A stretch of 62,966 nucleotides of DNA, filler included, from Pirum gemmata (lineage: Eukaryota): assembly GCA_002812295.1 (NCBI GenBank). It is 11 parts of 11 records of this genome, joined end to end, with 100 filler letters (N's around TTAATTAATTAA, not from the genome) between each part and the next. Parts side by side here need not be neighbours in the genome. Positions count along the whole stretch, not along the records: positions 28,770 to 34,478 come from PDIN01000497.1; positions 34,579 to 40,195 come from PDIN01000498.1; 9 more parts are not named here. The stretch is one strand, 5' to 3'. Under the pieces are notes generated by a model that was not told where the DNA came from, made no database searches, and saw only the letters and a program-made list of their open reading frames with translations. Positions within the stretch are counted from its first letter, which is position 1; the number at the start of each line of letters is the position of its first letter. The position numbers were made by a program, and so were the translations under genes. Shown here one piece after another: positions 29,570 through 39,351 of the stretch.

Positions 29570-31071
29570 ATATTTTGACTACATGATAATATACGTACGA
29601 TCGAGTCTACCGTGGCTCTGTGAGATTGCTTTTCTTGCTTTGCTTTTTTTGCTTTATTATTTTTTTTAAATGTATTCTGCATGATAGTCTAGCAGATGAG
29701 TCTAGTCTAGTTTTTTATTTTCAATAAGGTCTATAGACTACCGGGTAGTCTGGAGTCTTATATAATATGTAGTATAAAATTACTGTCAAACATTCCTATT
29801 TCCCAACAATTATAAAAAATAAAATACACGGGAACAAATAGAAACGAAGTAATTAATTTATTTTGCCTTTTGCTTTTCTTGCTTTGCTTTTCTTGCTTTT
29901 TAATTGCTTCTTTTTTATTTCAACATAGGCGACGAATTGAAACTAAAACAACAAAAATGTTTTAAGGCTTTAATTAATTAAAAGTAACAATAATAAAAAT
30001 ATTACTAGTAACAGCAGCAACTGAAAACTTTACACCCAAAGTTCAAATAACCATATTTGTGTATTAACTTTTTACATTATTATGCAATAAAATACAGAAA
30101 ACAAATAGAAACAACGCAAATCTAATTTATTACAAATCATTGGGACAATGGTTTAATAATTGCCAATATTATTCATTATTTTGCTGAGCAACAAAAATTA
30201 ATAAAAAAAAAGAAAAGAAAAATGATACTAATTATTGGGATATCGTTGTTAAAATATATGTAGATTAGCAGCAACAGCTATTAACAAATGTACTATTAAC
30301 TGGGACCCAATGTACCCATGTTTTAATTGTTTTTCTCAACAGAAAACAAAAACAAAACATTCTACAACTGCTGTATAACAACTGCTTTGTTCAAGAACTA
30401 TGGTAATAAAGTGGCGAAGTTTTTTAGTTTTTAAAATTTTAAAATTTTTCCATCACTGCAAGAAAACATGGGAGTACATGGGATAATATCTACTACGTTG
30501 TGGTTTGTTTTTGCCAAAAATGGTCTGAGGAGTGAGAAGAAATAAGGGTTCAAGAAGGATGTCTTGGTTTTTTGGCAGCCTAACTAGGTCAACCTCACCT
30601 ACCTTCCATCCACTTGATCACCCACCTACACACTGAAATTTATGAGTTTCTGCATGACCCATGACCCATGACCCATCTCCATCCTGCCCCTAATTTATTC
30701 CCTTCATCATTTAATTTTTTGCACTCCACGTTTGCGTGTAAAAGAGTGATAAAAGATAAAAACTGGCCAATACAAACCTCTGTAGTAAAAATCCTAGCTG
30801 GTAGGTACTACTACTATTTATTATTATTCTTTACATAATATCATAACTAGATTTACATATAGTGAAGGTAATTTTTTTTTTATCGATATCATAGCATAAT
30901 ATTATAAATGAAATTTATGTAGACTAGTTTTTTCTCAACAATTTAAAAAAAAAAAACACTATTTATGGCAACTAAATAAAAATTACTATTTTTGGTAACT
31001 AAGTTACCAAAACGGGATTTTCTTATTGTATATACTTTATTAAAAATATCGTATATTTGCATAATAACATT

Positions 31072-31143
31072 TCTTCGTTAGTATAGTGGTTAGTATCTCC
31101 GCCTGTCACGCGGAAGACCAGGGTTCGATTCCCTGACGAAGAG
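31072..31143 (+). tRNA. trnD: tRNA-Asp(GTC)
   Basis: TCTTCGT acceptor pairs with ACGAAGA; D-arm GTATAGTGGTTAGTAT; anticodon stem TCCGC/GCGGA with loop CTGTCAC; T-arm CAGGG-TTCGATT-CCCTG; followed by a TTTT Pol III terminator. Confidence 0.97.
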
Positions 31144-31310
31144 TTTTATTAATAAATATTATCGATATCTAGATTTATAAATTGTGAAGGCAATTTTTTT
31201 TCTTTTTTATATATACCAGACTTATACCAGTAATTATATGCATATGATATAAATATAAATTTATATAGTTTTTTCTCAACAATCTAAAAGAATCACTATT
31301 TATGGCAACT

Positions 31311-33043
31311 TGTCCCATCATTTTTCTTAATGATATTATATCGAAAGAAATAAATGTATTTTTGTGTTTTATGAATTTATACTTTTTATTTTCAACATTT
31401 TAGACTTTTATAAATTTATGCTCTTCTTTTCATACACACATAAGCTTTACACTCTGCTTACATACCTTTCTGAAAACAACTATCACATAATCCACAATGT
31501 TCTGGAACATTCTAAATAATCCATTTACAAATACAAATTATTATTACATAATCAATTTGTATAATACCAAACAATAAAATCATACACTTAAAAACTTAAT
31601 TCAACCATAGCTAAACAAATAAGCTCGACATAAAATAATAGTTTCGAGAATAAATGTATATTCAATCGACCAATCATATTACCACGCGGTCAGCCCATTG
31701 AGATTTCACCACAATACACCTCCATTTACTAAACTATTCATTTTACCTTACCAACCTCAACTTATTTCACGGTATTATGCTATTAACACGCTCAATTATT
31801 ATGCTCACTTATAACCTTTCTCTTAATTCACAGTCATTTTTTTCGCAGCAATTTCCTAATTGACCTACTTACTTTAGCACATACCTTTTACCACTATATC
31901 AAATCACTCATAAATCCAACTTAGTAACAATAATACACGACATAACTACTAACCTCAATTTTGAATCTCATACCAATTATTACACACTAATTGATTCATA
32001 TATTCAACCCATGACATCACACTATTTCCCGCTCATGTTTTACCAATGTCTCCCACTATTGATCTCACATCAATATAACAAATAGTCTCCAGAAGCTCAT
32101 GCCATTTACTACTAAATTCTTTATAAACCAAGCTTTCCACAATTTTCCTCACCTATTCACTGCACGAATTCGGTATTCACAATTATTGCTATGCATGATG
32201 TCGATATTGTTATTACACCCCATTAATTCTATAATCTAACCTTGACTTTTCACTCTTTTGCCATTACCAGAACTAAATAATGTCACAACAATATTCATAT
32301 CTTATTAAAAGCAATTTACATGTTACTACAAGAAAAATTTTCACAATCTATTGAATTTTGGCCACTATTGCACCTCTCCAGTTACTTTGTTCTCTTTAGA
32401 TAAGCTTATACACTAGGCTTTCCTTCTAATCATGAACCATAACTTTATAAGCTTAAACCACATTCATTACCGTCATTATCTTACCATAATGATCTCTTAA
32501 CAACTATATAGAACTAAATTCTATCTCAAACCACATAACTAAGCATTATAACGTCTCATATATGCCAGCTACGTCCCATGGAGCCTATAGCCTACCTCAT
32601 ACTGTTTTATATAGCACAACCAACAACGAATGCTTTCGTAATCCTCTTGATATTCTCGCATTTGTTTTCATTCACATCCAACTTATTTGTACATAATCGT
32701 ATTCTCTTTGCACTGCTCCTCCACCAATTTGTCCCATCATTTTACTTAATGATATTATATCTAAAAAAGAGAAATAATATATGTATTTTTGTGTTTTATG
32801 AATTTATACTTTTTATTTACAACATTTTAGACTTTTATAAATTTATGCTCTTCTTCTCATACACACATAAGCTTTACACTCTGCTTATAAACCTTCCTGA
32901 AATCATATAAATCATACACTTAAACTTAATTCAACCATAGCTAAACAAATAAGCTCGACATAAAATAATAGTTTCGAGAATAAATGTATATTCAATCGAC
33001 CAATCATATTACCACGTGGTTAGCCCATTGAGATTTCTCCACA
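31311..33043 (-). mobile_element. Non-autonomous or decayed LTR retroelement (LTRs 31311-31713 and 32730-33043)
   Basis: Direct repeats with TG...CA ends; the right copy has a deletion of roughly 90 bp. PBS TGGTGGAGGAGC on the minus strand (32715-32726) lies 3 nt from the LTR. Degenerate TSD CAACT/GAATT. About 1 kb interior with no intact ORF. Confidence 0.85.
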
Positions 33044-33106
33044 GAATTAAATTTAAAATTACTATTTTTGGTAACTAAGTTACCAAAACGGGATTTCTTT
33101 TTATAT

Positions 33107-33127
33107 GTTCGATTCCCTGACGAAGAG
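33107..33127 (+). pseudogene. 3' fragment of tRNA-Asp (T-loop and acceptor 3' strand)
   Basis: GTTCGATTCCCTGACGAAGAG is identical to the 3' end of the intact tRNA; the 5' part is deleted. Confidence 0.85.
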
Positions 33128-33367
33128 TTTAGTAAAGTGTGATACTACAAACATTTTTAGTAAAAATCCAAGCAGGTATTGTTTATATAATTGTTATTAT
33201 TCTTTATGATACATATCTAGATTTAAATATAGTGAAAGCTGTTTTTTTACATATACTGGTAATTATATGCATATGTATATAAATTTATAGTTTTCTCTCA
33301 ACAATTTAAAAAATCACTATTTATGGAAACTAAATTAAAAATTACTATTTTCGGTAACTAAGTTACC

Positions 33368-34478
33368 TTTTTTTTTTTTTTTTTTTTTTTTTGTTCAATA
33401 AAATTCATTAAAAAATTAATGAATCGACAGAGTGTCAGAGAGGTAAAAAAAGACGGATCTAATTTTTTTGATAAGAAAATCATAAAAAGTTTACATATTC
33501 TTTTTACACTGATTTAAAAATCCTTATATAATTTACATAATTGGTTAATAGACTGTCACTATTCGTATTTTTCTTCTTGTGTTCATTAATATATTATATA
33601 AAAAAGTAAGGTATTATTATAGATATTCTTAAATTTTTTTTTGTCATAATCTTGACTTTCATTAAAATCGATTGACATTTTCCCCATAAATTACGTAAAT
33701 ATACTTAAAAAAATGTTGAAATTTCTCTTCTTTTTCTCCTCTTTTGAAAAATTTTGCCACAACTACATTGAACAAAAATAGGTTCTATATGGATCTGTGT
33801 AAAATTTTAAAACTAAATTCTCTTATTTGTTGTTTCAGATGGTCTATTTTATCTTTTCTTTTTTGTATCATATTCTTCCTTTGTTATACATCTTGTGCAT
33901 CCCAGGATTCCAGTACTCTATTTTCATTTCTAGTATTTAAACTTATTTTTTTGTAAGTTAATTTAATATTTTCTGATAAGAAAAATCTATCAAATCAAAA
34001 CAAGTATAATTTTCCATTTTGGTTAATTTCTTAACTGTTGTTATTTTCTTATTATTGTAATATACAATTTCATGATTATCCTTGTTATTAAAAGACCATT
34101 TAACTGTATGGAAGTAATATACTAATTCTATTATTTTTAATTTTTCTTCACTTATACCAATTTTGTTAATTTTATCCATATTTTGTTCTTTTTCTTTGAT
34201 TGCGATGAGAAACTGACTATTACTTCTTTTAACCAATCTGTGGGGTTACCTTTATAATCATGATCAAAATTTGGTAATTTTTCATAATAAAAGTCCAATA
34301 ATTGTTCGGCAAATCCATATTTTCATATTCTATATATAAATTGCTAACTGCATTACTAATTGTTCTTGATACTTTTGTTCTATTATACATAAGGATTCTA
34401 TTTTTAATAGCTTGATTAAAAACTCTAACCCAGTCAAACATATAATTTTCCTTTTTATATTTGTATTTATTTGTTGTT
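33368..34478 (-). mobile_element. Decayed 3' portion of an L1/Tx1-like non-LTR retrotransposon with poly(A) tail
   Basis: A25 tail (T-run 33368-33392). Frameshifted ORF2 C-terminus with zf-RVT-like pieces IREFSFKILHRSI / QCSCG / EEKFQHFF / LRNLW, preceded by DWVRVFNQAIKNRIL, similar to the post-RT segment of L1-clade ORF2. Confidence 0.65.
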
Positions 34479-34630
34479 NNNNNNNNNNNNNNNNNNNNNN
34501 NNNNNNNNNNNNNNNNNNNNNNTTAATTAATTAANNNNNNNNNNNNNNNNNNNNNNNNNNNNNNNNNNNNNNNNNNNNAAAACTATCGATTGGTTATTTT
34601 TCAATTTCGATTTTTATCGAAAATTATCGA

Positions 34631-35770
34631 TTATCGCATTTGGTCATCGATACCAAACACTACTTGGAACCTTTTATCTATGTACTCTTTGTCAGTACCG
34701 AACTTGATTCCAGCACGAAGTGTTTTCTTAACCCGACCAAAAGCAGGGGCACCAGAGTTCGGGAAATGTGCATTCTTAAAAGCCAGGAGCACTTCAGGAC
34801 TTTCGGATGGGTCTGCTGTCCAAGCGAGATTAGCAGCGTTGCATAATTGAACCCACTTAGCCATTGTACGAGCATAGTGTTTTAACCAATTCTTTCCTGA
34901 ATTAGTGCAAAGCAATGTTAATAAGTTTAGATAATGAGATGGTTCTGATTCTTGAAGGTTTGCTAGACAAGATGAGACGTATTCGTTTGATGCGTAAGAT
35001 CCCAGACCACTTCTTTCATTGCCTGAAAACGAGGACGGAGCATAATACTTAAGGTCGTTGGTATGACGACGTAAGGACTTGTTGCCGGCGACTAAAGTAG
35101 CTACTTGATGATCGTCAATGAAATCAATAGAATACGGACCAATCCATTTGGGCAAGAGTTTGTTCTGCCGATCTTTGTCTTTGGCAAGAAACAAATCACC
35201 TGGCTCAAGATTTTTGTTTGCAAAACATTTATCGTTGAAGTGAATACGTTTCCTTTGACGAACAGCTAGTGGATCTAGGTTGTTATCCGCTAAGTATTTT
35301 TCATAATCAATATCTGATTTGAGAAGAAGTTCAATTGGAGCTTTGCCAACCGGGGTTTGACAATGGTTGTATTCATTAACTACAATTGGTAATAACATGT
35401 CCCAATTAATCCATTCTTCTGCGTCGGTGCATTTCATGCGTAGGGCTTTTACAATGGTTCCAATAAAACGTTCCACTTTCCCATTTGGGTCGTGATGTTT
35501 TGGAGGTACAGTGATATGCTCAATATCCGACATTTGGCAATATTCTTTAAACTCAGTGGAAGTGAATGATTGATGGGAATCACCAAAGATCTGTTTAATT
35601 TTACCTAAAGGTTTAATCTGGTCAATGAGACCAATGTTGTCAGTTGTGCTAGCGTTAGTGTTAAAAACTAGACGATACCAAGCAAAACTTGAAGCACTAT
35701 CTATCCCAAACAATGCACCTTGGGCACCAGATTTAGATTTGGGCAATGATAGCATGTCAATGTGAACATT
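34631..35770 (-). CDS. Integrase DDE core, GPY/F module and about 135-aa extra C-terminal domain (continuation of pol after a 7-bp insertion)
   Basis: Removing TTCAATG near 35765 restores ..LLERIHIDML..; DDE and GPY/F motifs follow. Confidence 0.88.
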   Translation of the reverse strand, partial: NVHIDMLSLPKSKSGAQGALFGIDSASSFAWYRLVFNTNASTTDNIGLIDQIKPLGKIKQIFGDSHQSFTSTEFKEYCQMSDIEHITVPPKHHDPNGKVERFIGTIVKALRMKCTDAEEWINWDMLLPIVVNEYNHCQTPVGKAPIELLLKSDIDYEKYLADNNLDPLAVRQRKRIHFNDKCFANKNLEPGDLFLAKDKDRQNKLLPKWIGPYSIDFIDDHQVATLVAGNKSLRRHTNDLKYYAPSSFSGNERSGLGSYASNEYVSSCLANLQESEPSHYLNLLTLLCTNSGKNWLKHYARTMAKWVQLCNAANLAWTADPSESPEVLLAFKNAHFPNSGAPAFGRVKKTLRAGIKFGTDKEYIDKRFQVVFGIDDQMR

Positions 35771-38444
35771 GAATTCGTTCAAGAAGAGAAGGAGGAGTGG
35801 TCTCAATATCTATTTCTGAAAACTTTTTGTTGGACCACTGTTCACAACGTGCACAGGTACTACATTCGTTTACTACCTTAGTTTGTAATGCATCAGCTAG
35901 GGGTCCGTCTGAGGCGAGGCCTGAATTAATAATTGCGTAGCGCAATTTTTTCTTTTTAGCATGGATAAGGTTAAGATGTAGTTCGGTAGCTTTCTCGATA
36001 AGTTCCTCTGTAATTTCATCTGCTGATGCTGCAACTGCCCCGATAGTAGTATCGAATTTGTTAATACAATCTTCACACCAGTCGCAGTCTTTATCATGAG
36101 CTAGTGCAGCTAAGGTGGGGACGGAATCGTTACAAAAAGACATTGGGTCTACGTTAGTTGTATGACGACTAAAGTAGTCTGCCAGAACATTGTTAAGACC
36201 TGGAATAAATTCTAGCGACCAGTTGAAGTCCTTCATTGCAAGCTGGTAACGGAAAATTCGGCGATCCCTAATTGTGTCACCAGACGTTGGGTTTTTGAAG
36301 ATCCCTAACAATGCAGCATGGTCAGTTTGAACTACAAAGGGTAAAGGGTGTCTGATAAGAATGTTGTAAAGCTTTTTACAGCTCCACACAATTGCTAATG
36401 CCTCCCTATCGGTGATGGAATAGTTCTTTTGAGCCGAATCAAACTTGGTGGAGACGAAAGCTATCGGGAGGAGGCCATCCTTTGAATCCATCAATGCCAC
36501 GCCTGCCATAGCTAACTGTGAAGCATCCGTTTGAAGAATGATTCGACAAGAAGGATCAACCTTGACCAGTTTAGTTTGGTCCTTAAGAGCTTCTTGAACC
36601 GCAAGCCATGCATCCTCTTGTTCTTTATCCCACTTAAACTTGACCTTCCCTTTAATTAAGCGACTAATTGGTTCTGTTAAGACAGAGAGATTAGGAATAT
36701 ATCGATGCCAATAATTTAGCGATTGTAGCAGAGACTTAACTTCTTTGGTGGAGTTGGGAGACGGTAAGGTTAAATAGGCCTGAACGCGGTCGTTTGACAT
36801 AAAAGACCCGCCTAAGTCGACAGCCCTCCCTAAATACTTAGCTTCTTCTACAGCAAATAAGCATTTTGGTATACGTAGTTGGACATTCCACTCAGTGTAT
36901 CTTACGATTAGAGCGCGTAGTTGATCATATAACTCACGTTTTGTATTTGCGTACGTGATAGCATCATCAAAAAATGGGTCAGTGTTAATAAGGTCCTCAG
37001 TTACCACATTCATTCGTTCTTGGTAGAAGAAAGGACCATTAGTAGGACCAAAAGGTAAGACTGTAGGTTGAAGTTTACCGAAGGCCGAATAAAAGGCAAA
37101 ATATTTCTGCGAGTCTGGATGTATGGGGATTTGATAAAATCCTTTTGCATTATCTAACACACAATAATACTTATAACCACGACAATTTAAGTTCAACTCT
37201 TCCTCGGTTGGTAGAGGATAACGTTTGATAACCGTGTTGCTGTTAACATCTTTAGTATCAAGACAATACCGATTATATTTACCAGGATTGGCTCTATATT
37301 CATCAAGCGATACATTCTTCTTCTCTGGTTTATCTGCACAAGTAATAGGACAACAGTAAGGATTTTCGGGATCAGGTTTGATAACAATGCCACTAGCCAG
37401 GTTTTCCTTACATTCTTCTTTAAAACCCTGTTTCTTAAAGGGGTCCTTAATTGGGTAGGTTCGCCAATGGATAAGGGTTTCATCCTTAAGTTCCACTTTG
37501 AAGGGACGCCCCTTCATAACCCGTTTGGTAGTGGGGTCATAGCGTAGATTTTCAATCATGGCGGCTAGCTCCTCAACTTCTTTAGTAGATACAAAATCAT
37601 TTTGATCATTAGCAATACTCATAAGGCTATCTAAGATGTTTCCACCTGGCATAACTTCATTGTCAACAAAGTCGGCATCAAGACAGGGCATACAAGTATC
37701 ATTGTCTTGAGAAAATGATTCTGCCATAGCACCTAAGTTAGTTAGTTTAAATTTAAACAATACCAATTCGGCTCCCCCTAGCAAGATATCTGCATCACCA
37801 ACCAACTTCTGTGTTACCACAAAATTAACAACATGAGAAACATCATTAACGGTTAGTAATAACCTGCAGGTTCCAATGGTTGGGATATCAGAGCCACAAG
37901 AGTTAAGGGAGCAGTCTTTATTCATAATGTTACCCTTGATGGTCTTTACAATATCTTCAGTAATTAGACTGTGCGCAAGCGAACCTGTATCCACCAGCAA
38001 TCGACCGAACAGAGAGAGATCCCCGTTTGAGACCATACCTTTAGTCCACTGGCCAACATCGCTGGAAATACCGATACTTCCTAGGTTACTTCCTTGTTCT
38101 TTCTTGGGACACTCTTTTGAACCTTTGTAGTGTCCCAAGTTACCACAGGCATAACACTTAACTTGGCTAAGGTCACGATGAGCTTGCGGGTCACCGCTTG
38201 CAGCTGGATCTTGAGGTCGGGATTGGGCTGGATTGGTCGGCCCGTCGCCAGTCCGTGGGGTTTGGTTACCGTTCTTGGGATTATTACCGTTGCCACCTGG
38301 TCTTCCTCCATCGTTTCTACCTTTACTTGCCTCGTTTTTGCCTTGAGGGTCTCCTTTTCTTTGCAGATCTGTGTTGATTGCCGCTTGAATAGTAGGGTTA
38401 GCTTCCTTGAACATGATACTGTTCACGAAATATCGGCCAAGCAT
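35757..38444 (-). CDS. gag C-terminus/pol polyprotein (zinc knuckle, aspartic protease, RT, RNase H, integrase zinc finger)
   Basis: 895-aa ORF carrying the motifs listed for the element. Confidence 0.93.
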   Translation of the reverse strand: MLGRYFVNSIMFKEANPTIQAAINTDLQRKGDPQGKNEASKGRNDGGRPGGNGNNPKNGNQTPRTGDGPTNPAQSRPQDPAASGDPQAHRDLSQVKCYACGNLGHYKGSKECPKKEQGSNLGSIGISSDVGQWTKGMVSNGDLSLFGRLLVDTGSLAHSLITEDIVKTIKGNIMNKDCSLNSCGSDIPTIGTCRLLLTVNDVSHVVNFVVTQKLVGDADILLGGAELVLFKFKLTNLGAMAESFSQDNDTCMPCLDADFVDNEVMPGGNILDSLMSIANDQNDFVSTKEVEELAAMIENLRYDPTTKRVMKGRPFKVELKDETLIHWRTYPIKDPFKKQGFKEECKENLASGIVIKPDPENPYCCPITCADKPEKKNVSLDEYRANPGKYNRYCLDTKDVNSNTVIKRYPLPTEEELNLNCRGYKYYCVLDNAKGFYQIPIHPDSQKYFAFYSAFGKLQPTVLPFGPTNGPFFYQERMNVVTEDLINTDPFFDDAITYANTKRELYDQLRALIVRYTEWNVQLRIPKCLFAVEEAKYLGRAVDLGGSFMSNDRVQAYLTLPSPNSTKEVKSLLQSLNYWHRYIPNLSVLTEPISRLIKGKVKFKWDKEQEDAWLAVQEALKDQTKLVKVDPSCRIILQTDASQLAMAGVALMDSKDGLLPIAFVSTKFDSAQKNYSITDREALAIVWSCKKLYNILIRHPLPFVVQTDHAALLGIFKNPTSGDTIRDRRIFRYQLAMKDFNWSLEFIPGLNNVLADYFSRHTTNVDPMSFCNDSVPTLAALAHDKDCDWCEDCINKFDTTIGAVAASADEITEELIEKATELHLNLIHAKKKKLRYAIINSGLASDGPLADALQTKVVNECSTCARCEQWSNKKFSEIDIETTPPSLLERIQCSH

Positions 38445-38994
38445 GATAGTGTCCTTCTCATCAATTCTTTCATATAATAAAATAGCTTTATCATAAAATG
38501 CTTTAAGATCAGCCTTTCCGTTGTAGGAAAGCTCAAATAGTTCATCTGCCCTATGACCAAAACTTCCTTGAAGTCCCTCATATTCCTTTAAAAAGGAATC
38601 GCAAAGTTCTTTCCAAGTTAGAGGGAGGATTGCCTTCGTTTACTGCGCGATAAACAAAGGACCAAGCTCTATCTTGATCCTTCAAGCCATGTAATAGGAC
38701 CCGGTGCTTGTCTCTATCGTTTATGTTGACAGAGGAAAATGCTCTATTTAGCGTTTCAATATTATCTCGTACTTTTGTTTCTTGGGATGCTTTAATTGTG
38801 ATCTTATCCTTTTTTATGCTTTCTACCGCCTTGAGACTTGTAGTTTCTGAAAAGGGGTTGAGTGCATCTTTGAACCTGACGGATTGCTCCTGGAGACTGT
38901 TGCCAATATCCTTTTCGTAAACATCATCTCGATCATTTTCTGCAATGTCCTTTAAGCGAGAAACTTCTCTAGCACAAGCTTTAGATAGAGCTTT

Positions 38995-39054
<60 letters not shown>

Positions 39055-39063
39055 ACAAAAGTG

Positions 39064-39351
39064 TTACTTTAGCCGGAACCGTTTCTCAGTTAGGGATGAG
39101 TTGGAGTCGTTTTTTCTTTTCAATTCCCGTTCAATCTTGTCAACGTAGTCTATATCTAGTTGGTTGAACGTTATGGACCGGTCCAAGGTTTCTTTCTCGG
39201 CCAGAAGAGCTTTTCTTTTTTTTAACAGAGACTCCTTGTGAGCGTTTCTCTCTAATTCTGATAGCCTAGCGATAGACCTGGCCCCTAGTAACTTCTTTTT
39301 GCTGGATCCTTTTTCTTCTATAGGAGAAATGGTGTTTGCACCCTCAGTCAT
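39064..39351 (-). CDS. 95-aa basic coiled-coil ORF upstream of gag, preceded by an intron-like 66-bp segment
   Basis: ATG directly follows CTAAC..(Y)n..TAG. Separated from the gag frame by an A-tract of about 50 nt. Confidence 0.4.
   Translation of the reverse strand: MTEGANTISPIEEKGSSKKKLLGARSIARLSELERNAHKESLLKKRKALLAEKETLDRSITFNQLDIDYVDKIERELKRKNDSNSSLTEKRFRLK

Larger units (their letters stand above)
30783..33367 (+). repeat. Three diverged tandem units (about 240-360 bp excluding inserts) of a tRNA-Asp cassette
   Basis: Shared blocks CTAGATTTA..GTGAA, TAGTTTT.CTCAACAAT, CACTATTTATGG.AACT and TTACTATTTT.GGTAACTAAGTTACC recur at about 30850-31020, 31170-31310 plus 33044-33100, and 33220-33367. 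Confidence 0.85.
34631..38996 (-). mobile_element. Ty3/gypsy-type LTR retrotransposon coding region (gag-PR-RT-RH-INT) with frameshifts; LTRs not identified
   Basis: gag TWKELCDSFLKEY (about 38600); zinc knuckle CYACGNLGHYKGSKEC; protease LLVDTGS; RT LDNAKGFYQI..LPFG..FFDD..YLG; RNase H TDAS..EALA..TDH..ADYFSR; integrase H..CSTC, HIDM..GIDSAS, GDSHQSFTS, NGKVER; GPY/F KLLPKWIGPY. Integrase follows RNase H, the gypsy order. Confidence 0.95.

Noticed and set aside
35757..35806. Programmed frameshift between RNase H and integrase
   Set aside because: Explained by a 7-bp insertion inside the conserved ERIHIDM motif. No slippery heptamer, and gag also carries disabling frameshifts.
33368..38996. 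LINE fragment and gypsy element as one composite element
   Set aside because: A linker at 34479-34578 separates them.
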